Shown piece by piece: positions 22,696-34,924 of a stretch of DNA of 64,000 nucleotides. Below the pieces are notes generated by a model that did not search any database, was not told where the DNA came from, and was given only the letters and a program-made list of their open reading frames with translations. The stretch comes from Octopus sinensis (Eukaryota), in the NCBI RefSeq assembly GCF_006345805.1, contig NC_042999.1, forward strand, positions 83,080,001 to 83,144,000. Direction: 5' to 3'. Position 1 is the stretch's first letter, and each line of letters begins with the position of its first letter. The position numbers and the translations under genes are program-made.

Positions 22696-23479
22696 ATATA
22701 TATATATACATATATACCAGAAGCGTCGTATAGGTTTGGTTGATGCATTAAGAAATAATTAAGATTCAGTTGAATTAGGTACTTGGTATATATATATATA
22801 TATATATATATATCTATATTTGTGCTGGGTGTTCATAATTTATCTTTACAACTGCCACAATTGTCTAGATGTGTTGCATGCAACCAATGAAACTGATGTG
22901 GAAGTGTTCTGATGTTTCTTATAAAATTTTACCTGTTTTCCAATAAACTCTGCTGAATTATCTCTATTTTTCATCTTTTTTTCCCTTCAGAATTTTTCAA
23001 ATTCTAAGTCTAATTTAATGAGCACGTGTGTGTGTGTGTGTGTGTGTATTAGCTTGTTTTGGACTTCTTTCAGTTTCTCTCTACAAATACAATTCACAGC
23101 CTTGTATTATAGTAGATGACATTTCTCTAAGGTGCCATGCAGTGGAACTGAACCCAGAACTATGTGGGTGGGAAGCAAACTTCTTACCACACATAAATGT
23201 ATTACTGGGGTTTTCTTTGAAAATTGCTGTGTTCATTCAGTACATATGGATCTTTATAGAGTTTGTGTCTTGGTGAACAGGATTGTTTCTTCATACTTAA
23301 AGGTTTTGTGCCACTGCAGTTCATATGCACGCATACACAGAGACACACATGCATGCATATGCACATGTGTATGCTCACACATATGCACATACACAGGCAT
23401 ATGTGCACACATGGATGCACACACACACACACATTTATGTATGATAGATATAAGTATAACAAAACTGCTCATACCTGTA

Positions 23480-23708
23480 AAAGCATTTGTGCCGGCGTGA
23501 CATAGGAGCACCCGTTCCGGTGCTGTGTGAACAGCACCCAGCATACTCTGTAAAGTGGTTGGCATTAGGGAGAGTATCCAGCCATAGAAACCAAACCAAA
23601 TCAGACTGGCACCGGATGCAGATCTCCAGCTTAGTAGGTCTGGTCAAACTGTCCAACCCATGCCAGCATGGAAAACAAATGTTAAATGATGATGATGATG
23701 ATGATGTT
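23480..23708 (+). mobile_element. RTE 3'-UTR fragment (family C) with (GAT)n tail
   Basis: CCAACCCATGCCAGCATGGAAAACAAATGTTAAATGATGATGAT terminus. Confidence 0.85.
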
Positions 23709-25845
23709 GATTACAATTGCTAGAATGCAGTCATTATTAGTGACCGACTTGCTTCTTTGTAGGCAAAGCATGAGTTCTGGAATTGGAGGTTCTACAATAG
23801 CCTGATGAATGTGTTATGTAATTATCATATAATTGCATAAACCAGTAATTTACTTATAACCAACAGTTGGTTGTGTTATATGCACACAGATGCACGACTA
23901 CACACCTATTCATACACATGCGCATATGCAGATACATAGATAATCAAATAAATAAAGACTTTCTACTACATACGCTGGATAACGGTTTATCCTTCTTATA
24001 CTTATACACCTGTGTGTGTGGGTGTATGGTAGTTAGCGAGGATCTGTTTCCATGGGATAAAAATAAGAAGAGAAAGCAAAGGATATAAAATAGAAATAGA
24101 AATTTAAAAAAAAAAAGCTCTGATGGTGGTTAGTTTACAATCATAAATATAATAGATAGAAAAGGTATTACTATCAACAGAAAATAAATAAATAAATAAT
24201 AAGGTGTTGGATTAATGTTAGTTAATAGTTTACAGCTCAGAATCTTTATATTATCTCGGATTTAAATTTGTTATTTATTTATTTATTTTTTGTTTTCTGC
24301 ATTTCAACAATTGCTTCTTTTCTTTCTGTTTTTCTTTTCTCTTTCTTCTTTTCTTCCCTTGTATATTCTGGTTTTGATTTAAGAGCCTTAATCACTTTGT
24401 TACAAATCCAGATGTGTACCAATTAAAACTTTTTTAACAATATTATTGTTCAACTGGATTTAGTATCACTGTTGTTATTGTTGTTATCATCTGATTTCTT
24501 TTTTTTTTTTTCATTTTTGTGTCGTCATTAAATTTTTTTTTTTTTTTGAAATTCATTTTATGTTCTATATCTCTTGTATTTATTTTAATAAAATTTATTT
24601 AATCATTATCATTATTATTTTATTGCACTGCTAGCATTATCATCATCACCACCACCACCACTGTCATCAGCACCTCTGTCATCATCACCATCGCCAGCAT
24701 CTGGTCACATACATTAATTGCTGCTTTCAAGGGATGTTGTTGTCTTGACTTTGTGTGTGGAAATGGATTGGGCAAGAGGACATAAAATAAACCTCAGCAT
24801 AAAATAATGAAAAAAAATAGCAAACAAAACAAAAAAAAAACACTAAATAAAATCAAACAAACAAACTGAAAATAAAATGGAATGATTTGTGTATGGGGGT
24901 TTTGGGGTGTAGGTTTATGTAATTAATATTTCACTGGGAATAGTTTTGAATTTACAAATAAATAAAATGAAAATGTGATTGGCACTATAAGAATGGTAGT
25001 GCAAATCAAATTCTTCAAGCTGGTTTCTATTCTCAATTGAAATAAATTTCTAGATTTATTTGTGTCATATCCATAGGAAACTTTTGATTTTATAATTTTA
25101 ATTTTAATTTTTATTTATTTTTTAAAAGTTTTATTTATTCTTGGTGGTGTAATAGGTTTGATGGGTTTGTAGCTACGAAGGTAGAGCATATGTCCATTTC
25201 TGTTCTGGCAAGAGAGAATTCTCCTCCTCCTTTATTTTCTTTACTTTTGTGTTCATTGTCTTTGTCTTTGTCTTCTTCAACATCACCACACACCATCTCT
25301 TTTAATATCCATCTTCTATGCTGGTATAGGTTAGGTGGTTTGACAGGATTTGGATGAGCCAAGGTCTGCATCATATCCCAGTGTCTACTTTGGTGTTGTT
25401 TGTATAATTGGATGCCCTTCCTAATTCTAACCAGTTTACAGAGTGCACTATGCGCTTTTCTTGTGATTCCAACTTTGGTGAGGTTGCCATGCAGCAACTT
25501 CTAAGACTAAAATCCCTTTCAACTGAGTGGGATTACAGTAGAACAAGGTGGCTGAGAGGAAAGTAAGGGCCCTGAACCAAACAGGTTTCTTATTGTATTG
25601 GAGCTACATGGGTACTTACACCATAGAAATATGAGTGACAGTAATTGGTGTGGATTTGGATAGAGAGATAAAATCATTGTGATGAAATATCAGGGTGGAC
25701 CCTGAAGGTACCAGAAGGTGAACAGTGGTGTATGGTGACTGAAATACAAGGTGTAAGGGTGGGTAGAGTTTGCCTAGCTCATGAAATCGAGAATTGCTGA
25801 AACTTTTTGAACATGAGTTAGCTCCATCTAGGTAGACTTGTTACT

Positions 25846-26080
25846 TATTTCTTTACTGCTCACAAGGGGCTACACACAGAGGGGACAAACAAGGACAGGC
25901 AAACGGATTAAGTCAATTATATCAACCCCAGTGCGTAACTGGTACTTCTTTTATTGACCCCGAAAGGATGAAATGCAAAGTTGACCTCGGCGGAATTTGA
26001 ACTCAGAACGTAGTGGCAGACAAAATACCATTAAGCATTTCGCCCGGCGTGCTAACGCTTCAGCCAACTCGCACGCCATT
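25846..26080 (-). mobile_element. tRNA-derived SINE family B, full length, 17-bp TSD
   Basis: TSD TAGGTAGACTTGTTACT at 25829-25845 and 26081-26097; central TTCATCCTTTCGGGGTCAAT domain; B-box-like GAGTTCAAATTCC. Confidence 0.9.
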
Positions 26081-26243
26081 TAGGTAGACTTGTTACTGAC
26101 GGTGTCCTAGATGTGACCATCTCAACTCTCTTTTTATGCATGTTACTTATAACATGTCTTTCTTAAAGATGGTAGGGTATATTCAACTATGGAGAGATAT
26201 TCAACTATAATTACTAACAAATGGAGTACCTTGCAAAACCTCT

Positions 26244-26324
26244 CTTGCTGGTATATGAAACCAAAGCTCTACTTTATAGCTTGCTGGTATATGAAACCAA
26301 AGCTCTACTTTATAGCTTGCTGGT
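26244..26324. repeat. 36-bp tandem repeat x2.25
   Basis: CTTGCTGGTATATGAAACCAAAGCTCTACTTTATAG at 26244 and 26280, partial at 26316; no spacers. Confidence 0.95.
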
Positions 26325-27532
26325 CTTATGCCACATCTAACCAGATTTACTTGGCTTATCTCCATACCGTGTCTGACCACACCTTCTCCTTCAATTCCTT
26401 TACTTATCACTTTTCAGTCCTTTCTGCTACGCTTGTCACGCTTTGGAATTGTACTTTAACTCACCATGTTTTTCCTGCAGCTCTTGGTTTGCAGTTTTTC
26501 AAAACAAGAATAAATGTATTGACTTCATCGCTCTTGGCAGACCTGCTAAAACTATGGGCACAGGCACCAATCGCCCTTAGACCAACTTATTAAAAACAAA
26601 AGCAAAAAAAAAAGAACAAAAAGAAAAGAAAGAAAGACCACAATATTTTAGTGCTACTGGAGAAAGAAAAAAAAAACCTTGGTGACTTCAGAGAGGTGTC
26701 AAGCAAGATTTGAACCGACAATCAGTAAATAAGTTAATGAAACTGACCATTCATGTTGTTATAAACTATTTTGTCTGATGTTGTGCCATGTTTGCCATGT
26801 CCTCAGGTCTCTTCCCCCCCGTTCTTTCTCTCTTTCTTTCTTTCTCTCTTTCCCTCTGCTTTTCTCTTTAACAAATGAGCATAATATTATAATAATGAAA
26901 AAGAAATTTGTATGTAGTTTTGAACACAAAGACAAAGTAGAATAATAAGGATGTTGAACCCTGAAGGGTCAATAAAGAAAGTGCCAGTATTACTCTGGCA
27001 TCAAATCAATCACTAACTACCCCTGCCCTCCTCTTCATCCCCTTCTCTTCACCCCTACTCTTCTCTCTCTCTCTCTTCCACCCCGTCTCTTTTCTCACCC
27101 TTTGTCCATCTCTGTTCTGCTTATATAACTGGCTTTGTGCCCAGCTATAAGAAGCCATCATTATCAAATTGTGAAAGTAGTTAGCCGTAGTGGTAGTAGT
27201 TAATTGTAGTTGTAATAGTGTGAGATTTTCCTTCTTATACTTTTACTAAATCCAATACCTAACTTCCGTCATCTCTCCCCCCAGCTTGTGAACCATTTTG
27301 TTTGTGGCACTGGCTGCTCTTGGACAAGTATCAGGAATGAATGTCTGTCACAAACTCTCATGACACCTTGCTTTCTCTATGTAACACTTGAATACTCTTT
27401 ACCTCAGTTCATCTTTGAGATTCTCTTCTGCTGTTTCTTTTCTCTGTCTCTGTCTCTCTTTCTATCTCTCTCTCTCTGACTACAGATGTACTGTTGGTGA
27501 TATTTTCCCTTCTCTAGACTTTTCTCTTTTCC

Positions 27533-27565
27533 TTTCTGATGAAGAGCTATGCTTGAAACATCAAA
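27533..27565 (+). ncRNA. Minimal type-I hammerhead ribozyme motif, probably decayed (copy 2, best preserved)
   Basis: TTT CTGATGA A GAGC TAT GCTT GAA AC AT C AAA. All invariant core bases are present. Two CpG-type changes from an inferred GCTCGAAACGTC. Same layout as the minimal hammerheads of Penelope-like elements. Confidence 0.55.
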
Positions 27566-27567
27566 AA

Positions 27568-27618
<51 letters not shown>

Positions 27619-27805
27619 CACATGGAATTGCAATATTTTCACCAATTTCATTATCATGATTCACAAAATCAGTAGACTGCCATAATATTCTATCCTTTAA
27701 AATATATTAAAAATATAAAAATTGCATGCATTTTTCTTCTTTTATTATATATTTTTTCACTACAATTCACCACCTGGGGAAGATATCTTCAAAGAAATTT
27801 TTTCT

Positions 27806-27850
<45 letters not shown>

Positions 27851-29214
27851 GTATATATATATATAATATATATATATATACATACACACACACACACACT
27901 ATAAAAACCCATGTAGTTTAGGCACTTTATTTTTTCGCAAAAACAAAAATAAACTTTAGGGACCATGTAAATTACATGAGTAGATCGTTCTCAGAATTTT
28001 TGTAGAAATTTTTTTTTTTTTTTGCTAAAAAATGACATATGGGAAGTTGACTCATTTAATGTCAGAATATGTTTTACAGAAAAAATATAATGAAGTTGAC
28101 TTTTATTTATGCCGGACGGTATAATGCTTACTTTTTCTGTATAAATTTGCTAAAACCATTAAATGGCTAACTACTTTTTGAAGTTTGATGTTCATGCTGG
28201 TAATCACGGTCTGGGCCATATTTTACATTGCTTGGAGTTTCTACCTATCGCAATGGAGCCCAGCAATTTCCTTAAATAGATCAGTTTTACTCTACTTAGG
28301 GAATCTAGCCTGCATTTGCATCAGGAAGCTATTTGCTTGCTTTCTCCACGCTACAACACAATGAAATTCCTCACTGCCAATATTGCTGCTATCAGCTCTT
28401 ACTGCATCTAATATCGACAACAACAACATGATAATTCATCCTTGCACATGTAAACTCACTAAGTAAATATGACGTAGCGTTCCTACAGAAACCTTCATTT
28501 ACCTTATATGATGTTTAATGTCATTTCACATTCATGTTGAATTATGCAGCAATCTTATGTTCTCTTCATAATACACTTATAATGTATGTATTACCAGTTC
28601 TTTTGGTATAGAAGATTTTTACTATTCTTGTTTATGTCTCTTCACAGATGTGTACATTCTTACAAGCTTCTTAAATTTTGCACCTCTCTTGTCCAATAAA
28701 CACTGAGTTTAATTTGCAAAGCTGTTTATTTTCTCCTTTGAATTTTTAATGTTTATTATATCAGGTTACCAAAGTTTCAGTTTGGTCTCCCGGTTAAAAT
28801 GGTAATGACAAATTTTAAAGTTTACTTGACATTTTATAAGTGTGAAAGGAATTAAAATTTCAATACTCTGTATCAACGGTTCCAACAAGAATAAGCAGAA
28901 AATCAGAGCTTGAGTCAAGAAGACGCTTTCAACCAATCTGAATCGCAATCGGGTACCTTCAGAAAAAACTCACAGAGTTGCAAAAATTCAGATCAACTTT
29001 TCAGTTTAAGGACAACCAATCTATAGCTAGATGCGTATCCTTAGAAAGAAGCACTTCAAATTGTATATCCAGATGTTTGACTTCTTGCACTGTTAATCCT
29101 TAAGTTGGGACTTTCTTGCTCCCTTTTTCCTCAGCACCAGTTTTAGAAACTCAACAAAAATGTCATGGAAGCTGTACTTCCTTCTCTGATTAAAATATAT
29201 CTTTTACTTGTTTC

Positions 29215-29390
29215 GGTTGTTAAACTGTGGCCAAGCTGGGGTACTACCTTGAAGGGTTTAGTCAAAGAAACCAATCCCAATACTTATTTCTTTTTCTAAT
29301 CCTGCTACTTATTCTACCGGTCTGTTTTTGCCTAACCACTAAGTTGTGGAGATGTAAACAAACCAACATCAGTTGTCAAGTAATGGTGGG
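29215..29390 (-). mobile_element. SINE family A 3' half
   Basis: TTACTTGTTTCGG...TACTTATT...ATTCTACCGGTCTGTTTTTGCCTAACCACTAAG...AAACCAACATCAGTTGTCAAG. Confidence 0.7.
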
Positions 29391-29489
29391 TGAGCCATAC
29401 ACATGTGTGTGTATGTATGTATATATATATGTATATGTCTCTATTTATAAATCACGTTGAACCCTACATGTCTTTTCCTCCCTCTCTCT

Positions 29490-29650
29490 GTTTTTTCATT
29501 CTCTCTCCATCTTTTTCTTCTCAACCCTTTCTGACAAAGAGCGTAGGCTTGAAATATTTTTCCAGTCTTCCTGAGCATCAAACTAATTTACCTGCTTGTT
29601 GTTCTCTCACTTTTCTTTGTCCTTTTGTTTCCTGTAGATTGAACTATATA
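29490..29650 (+). mobile_element. Short element with a decayed minimal hammerhead motif (copy 3)
   Basis: CTGACAA A GAGC GTAG GCTT GAAATAT (29531-29557); ends GTAGATTGAACTATATATA like the 22.5-kb copy. Confidence 0.5.
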
Positions 29651-29861
29651 TATATATATATTTATATTTATACACACATATATATACACTCTCTTTGGTT
29701 GTCCCAGCATTATAGTAGAAGACACTTGCCCGAGGCACTATGCAGTGGGACTGAACCTGAGACTATGTGGTTGGGAAAAAAACTGCTCAGCACACAGCCC
29801 CATCTGTTCCTATATGTGTGTGTGTGTATGTGTGTGTGCGTATGCTCTGCCATAGCTGCAT

Positions 29862-30034
29862 ATATTTATATAAGCTTAAAGCTTATGGTGATCACTGTGC
29901 AGTGACTAGTAGTCTAATAAAGGAGCATATAAGCTCTTGACCGAAAAAAAGGATGCTTATATGCCTTTTTATTAGACTATTTTCCTTAGTCATTGCATGG
30001 TGAGTGCCATAAACTTTAAGCTTGTATAAAAATA
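29862..30034. mobile_element. Fold-back (palindromic) MITE, ~170 bp
   Basis: Arms pair almost end to end (ATAAGCTTAAAG/CTTTAAGCTTGT; TGCAGTGACTA/TAGTCATTGCA; TAGTCTAATAAA/TTTATTAGACTA; GCATATAAGC/GCTTATATGC) around a 20-nt loop; TA at both ends. Confidence 0.7.
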
Positions 30035-31142
30035 CCGTTAATATTATTTACAGGATTGTAAATCACAGTACCCAATGAAAAAACCCATTCGCACCAAAAG
30101 CATATATATAATGTGTGTGTAGGTCTTCAGTCTGGCTTCAAATTAACATAATAATTTGCCATATTTTATATATTTGCTGAGAGCGCTTGAACATTTGGTG
30201 AGGCAGGGGGAACAAAAGGGCTTATTGCAAGCAATTTCTTGATTTTTGTTTAGAATAAATATGAAACTTTCTTCCTATATAATAAATAAAATATTATTAT
30301 AATTTTTATATTCATTATTATTTATTTTTTATTGGAGTTTTCTTAACTTTCTTTTAATCTACCCTTCCCCTCTACTACTTTTCCTTCTTTTGATATCAAA
30401 ACTTAAAACATCCTGTACTTACTGAGCATATTATATATGCTAGTGTTTTTTTTTTTTCTCCTTTGGTTTTTCTGTTTTCTATGGGTACAGATTGGTTGGC
30501 ACAAGTGTTGAGTGGTTCCAGGTTTTTGGTTACAAAGTTAATTAGGAAACAAGTTAACAAGTTCTTAGAAATATCTGATTACCAGTTAAAGGCCTTAAAA
30601 GAAATAAATGAAAGACCAAGAGAGAAAGGAGGGAGAGACAGAGAGTTGAAGAAAAATTATTTTCAAAAAAATCCAAACTTACAAATCTACTAGGCTGCAA
30701 TAAAACCAATTCTGTGGAATTAGTCGCAGTTTGTTTCTACTTTAAAAATTTGTTATTGTTGTTATTATTATTGTTAGTAGTAGTAGTAGCAGCAGTAGTA
30801 GTAGTGACAGTGGTAGGCAATAGTAGTAGTAGTAGTAGTAGTGTGTCGTAGAGTGGCAGCAGAGGTAGACTGCCAGAAAGCGATATGCTTTACTGTATTC
30901 ACTTACATCCATTCCATGTTCTGAGTATTAATTCTAGTGGTGTTGACTTTTCATTTCTTCTCCCTCAAATTTCACGCAAATAAATACCAATTGTATATTA
31001 CAGGTCATTTCAATGCTTTGCTAAATTTTCTTGCCATGTTACTAAGTTAGAAATCATTAGATTGGTAATGTAATCGAATAGCCCAATCTCCTTGAAATTC
31101 CTGGCCTTATGCCTAAATCAGAATATTATCATTATTATTATT

Positions 31143-31244
31143 GAGTGAGAGAGCGGTGCATGCCATCAAAGTGTCACTGAGGTAAAATATATGAAGCCCA
31201 GTATACCCATTGTGACTACCCGTCTGATAAGAGTACACTAGGCA
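31143..31244 (+). mobile_element. Element D, 5' fragment
   Basis: Starts GAGTGAGAGAGCGGTGCATG immediately after (ATT)n. Confidence 0.8.
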
Positions 31245-31249
31245 AACTA

Positions 31250-31459
31250 ACAGAATCATTAACATACCAGGCCAAATGCTTAGCAGCATTTCGTCCTTCT
31301 TAACATTCTGAATTCAAATTTTGCTGAAATTGACTTCGCCTTTCATTATTTCAGAGTCATTAAATTAAGTACCAGTCATGTACTGGGATCAGTGTAATCG
31401 ACTAATTCTCTCCCCCCAAATTCTAGGCCTTGTGCCTTTAGTAGAAAGGATTATTGTTG

Positions 31460-31460
<1 letters not shown>
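31250..31460 (+). mobile_element. SINE family B variant with (ATT)n tail
   Basis: GCCTTTCATT...TAAGTACCAG...GTAATCGACTAA...GGCCTTGTGCCTTTAGTAGAAAGGATTATT; similar copies at ~5320, ~45570, ~52760, ~53120 (+) and ~54690, ~58150 (-). Confidence 0.75.
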
Positions 31461-31495
<35 letters not shown>

Positions 31496-31500
31496 TTATT

Positions 31501-31840
31501 GAGTGAGAGAGCAGTGCATGCCATCAAAGTGACACTGGAGTAAAATATATGAAGCCCAGTATACCCATCATGACTACCTGTCAGATAAGGGTACACCAGG
31601 CACATGCATCACAACCATATGTGTGCAATATCATGATCTCATATCAAGATAAACAGTGTATGACCTTGCAGGTGGGGCCCAGTTAGAATTTTCTTCAGGT
31701 GGGGTAGCCTGTCCCGCTCAAAAGGACCCTGAATAAAGGTTGTTTAAAGATGTTGAACAAAACACCCATGTTTCCAAAGGTGATTTATCCAACCCCAAAG
31801 AATTCCTTTCAACACATGGCTATGATGCTCCTCCACTACT
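31501..31840 (+). mobile_element. Element D, 5' 340 bp
   Basis: Same start GAGTGAGAGAGCAGTGCATG after (ATT)n; aligns with 56917-57418. Confidence 0.85.
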
Positions 31841-32811
31841 ATTTCCTATTCTTCTTATTATTATTATTAGGATGATTAAGTCCTGGGATCGGTTTCTTCA
31901 ACTAAAACCCTTTTAGGCAGTGCTTCCAGCAAAGCCGCAGTTAAATGACTAAAACAATAAAAAGAAATGGAAGAAATGAAATATAGTTATGGCTCTTTAT
32001 GTTGTGAGTTCAAATTCTGTCAAAGCCACCTTTGCATTTCATCCTTTTGGTTGTGTGAATTAGCACCAAGAACCTGATGAAAATGCTGAAATAGGTTTCA
32101 GCAAAATTAGATGAAATTGTCACAGAAATTATAAGCTCCAAAAATCTTATACATAGCTAACAAATTAATCCACGCAAGTGCACTGAAACTCAAGCATGTT
32201 CACTATTAAAATATGAGAACTTAGTTTGGTGAGGAAGGTTATGGCACAAAGGTTATTAAAGCCAAAGGCTGCCCTGATCCTGGGCTGTGACTTCTTGTTA
32301 CTCTGTGGGTGGGTTAACCTTATTTGCGTTGTGTAACTAAATTTTTCACTCATTTTAGTGTATTGAATTCATATATTCTCACGGTTTTTAATCTCATTTC
32401 TTTGACTTATTTTCTATTTTATCTCTGAGCCCTTGTGGCTAATAAGTAAGAATTGTTATTATTAAGATATGTCTCCATGACTTGTTTATTTAAAGATTAG
32501 TTGAAAAGTTTAAACTTCCTGCAATTTTTGAATGTCTGTGGGCGTTCTAAAAGCATTCAGGCTTAGTGGTTTGAAAAGTTAACATCAAATAAAGAATTTG
32601 GTTTGCATTGCTGCCGTTTGTTGTTCTGTAACTGTGATTATACATTGCCACAGTTTGCCTAAATGTTGCAAGTTATTGCTGGTTTATCTAGAGGGTAGGG
32701 AAGCACTTGTTAGTATAGACTGGATCACATCCAGGGATAAATTTTCGTCTTATATGCTGTTCTACTTCAGACTAGAAGACAGAAGCCTGTATGTGATTGC
32801 AGTAGGTAGAT

Positions 32812-33324
32812 CAGTAGTTCTCAACCGGGGTCCATATAGCCCTTGTGGATCTATATATGATTTTTGGGGGTGCACACAACAAAATATTATATTGGGGATC
32901 TACAATAGTATCCCTGATAAAGAATTTGGTTTAGATGTATGTATTGGTATTTATCTCAAGAAACAGCAAGGTATCTCTCTAAAATTTTGCATAGTTCAAC
33001 CTACACAATTTAGTGTGTGAAAGACAAAATAAGGATTTTGAAAGAAGTTTGGCTCTGGCTACAAAAATCTTGTTTTCATATGTTTTGAATTAAAATTTTC
33101 AACTAAACCTAGCCACAATTTATGTTCCTAACACTAGCTTAATGATAACCAAGTTGTTTTACTAAATTCTTTGTTATTTTTAAAGTAATTGAAAGAAACA
33201 GAGAGCATCTCAAAATAAATACAGTAACAAAAGGGTTAAACCTTGAATGGTTATAGGGCTCCACCAGATTAAAATAGTTATCAAAGGGGTCCATAGATAA
33301 AAAAAAAATGATTGAAAACTCTTG
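32812..33324. mobile_element. hAT-type MITE interrupted by a piggyBac-like MITE
   Basis: Ends CAGTAGTTCTCAA / TTGAAAACTCTTG; TSD AGGTAGAT (32804-32811) / AGGCAGAT (33325-33332). Confidence 0.7.
33050..33239 (-). mobile_element. piggyBac-like MITE P1, truncated at one end, nested in the hAT MITE
   Basis: Ends GTAACAAAAGGG then TTAA (33236-33239); body matches 38411-38632. Confidence 0.8.
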
Positions 33325-33582
33325 AGGCAGATGATAGATATAGCAGTCAAATCTCTTATATATATACGCTATGTTAGAATATAAGCAATGACAAAGTCAA
33401 GAATGGCTTGTGGTGCAAGGTAGCTTCATCGAACTTGGTGCCAGGAAGACAAAATGAAGCCAGTACCCTCTGTTAAGTCATAGAGATTGGGCAGAGGTAA
33501 TGGTGAGTCCCATTTTGTTTTTGACATGACATTTAGTGCTAGTTTCATCTAGTATATACCTAGACAAATACTATGGTGCTAG

Positions 33583-33813
33583 TTATTTCTTTACTACCCA
33601 CAAGTAGCTAAACATAGAGGGGACAAACAAGGACAGACAAACGGATTAAGTGAATTACATCGACTCCAGTGCATAACTGGTACTTAATTTATTGACCCTG
33701 AAAGGATGAAAGGTAAAGTCGACCTCGGCAGAATTTGAACTCAGAACGTAATGCCAGACGAAATACGGCTACGCATTTCGCCCGGTGTGCTAACGTTTCT
33801 GCCAGCTCACCAC
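33583..33813 (-). mobile_element. SINE family B, full length
   Basis: Aligns with 25846-26080 and 49138-49369; inserted in a degenerate ~40-bp TTTAGTGCTAGT repeat. Confidence 0.9.
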
Positions 33814-34924
33814 TTTAGTGCTAGTGTACCTAGTACACTTAGACAATCTCTTTAGTGCTAGTGCACCTCGTACTCTCTTGGAAGTGGTTGTTGTGTGGAA
33901 GGACATCAAGCTGAGGAAAGTATGACAAAATATAAAAAATATAAGAGTGTGGCATGTTCCACTGATACTTCTAAGGAAAGTAGTAATTACAAATTAAACA
34001 TGGCTTGCTTCATTACCACATGCCCTGTCTGTGCCAGCGTGGAAAATGGATATAAAATTGATGAGGATAGTGATCACTATAATGATGGTGATTGTGTCTA
34101 TGTATGTGTGTGTGTGTGTATACTTGTTGCACATGTCTGGCACTCCCACGCTCATCAAACCTGTAATGGTTTACAAATTTGAACAAATTATCACCTTACA
34201 TACAGAATTTTATATTGTTTTTGAGGGAAGTATTTTGTTCCTGTTTTATTTATTTATTATTTTTTTTATTCCAACTTCTTGTGACAGCACTTGTATTATC
34301 CAAAGAGATTTATTTTTCAGATCAAATGAAAATCTAAAAATCATGTGTTTCAATTATTTTTTTGTAATTTCGCATTTGATTTTAATTTGCTTCGGCTTCT
34401 TCCAAATTTAAAAAGGTTATTGCGATATTAGAGATGCAAGTGATTAAATATTGAGGTTGTCTTCATTTAAAAATTGTTTTTAGTCGACCGAATTAATTTG
34501 CCTTACTCAAATACATTAAGGCATTATCAGGGGATTTTGAACAGAGTATCTGTTTTATTGCAGAATTAAAAAAAAAGAAAGCAAAAATGAATAATTAAAA
34601 GAGAAAAAGAAAATTCTTGTTAGCATGAAAGAAATTGCATTTTTAATATTTTCCTTCAGTTTTAATCAAAGGTTCGCAGTTGTGTGCTGCTTGCCATTTC
34701 ATTTTTCTTACTTGTAACTTTCCTCTCTTTGACTCCAAACTGTTTCATACCGTTTTCTTCTGTCAGCATGACATATGAGAAACCAAATTAATGGACAAGC
34801 ACAAATATTTATTTATATGATGTATGTGTGTATTAGTTTATATACTGGGGCCCTACCTGTTATATTCTGGGACACTACTTTTAATCATGTCAACTCCCAG
34901 TACTTATCTTAAAAACAATAAACG

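Noticed and set aside
26244-26324. 36-bp direct repeat of CRISPR-like length
   Set aside because: Units are contiguous with no spacers, only 2.25 copies, no cas genes, eukaryotic context.
28750-29200. Possible transposase or integrase remnant (e.g. VKHLDIQFEVLLSKD on the - strand)
   Set aside because: Frames are short and broken, and I could not match any catalytic motif.
31501-31610. HDV-like or hammerhead ribozyme at the 5' end of element D (CTGATAAG, TACCC/GGGTA, CTGGG/CCCAG stems)
   Set aside because: I could not build P1-P4 or a hammerhead junction; the core has A at the G8 position and no matching GAAA. A covariance search could revisit this.
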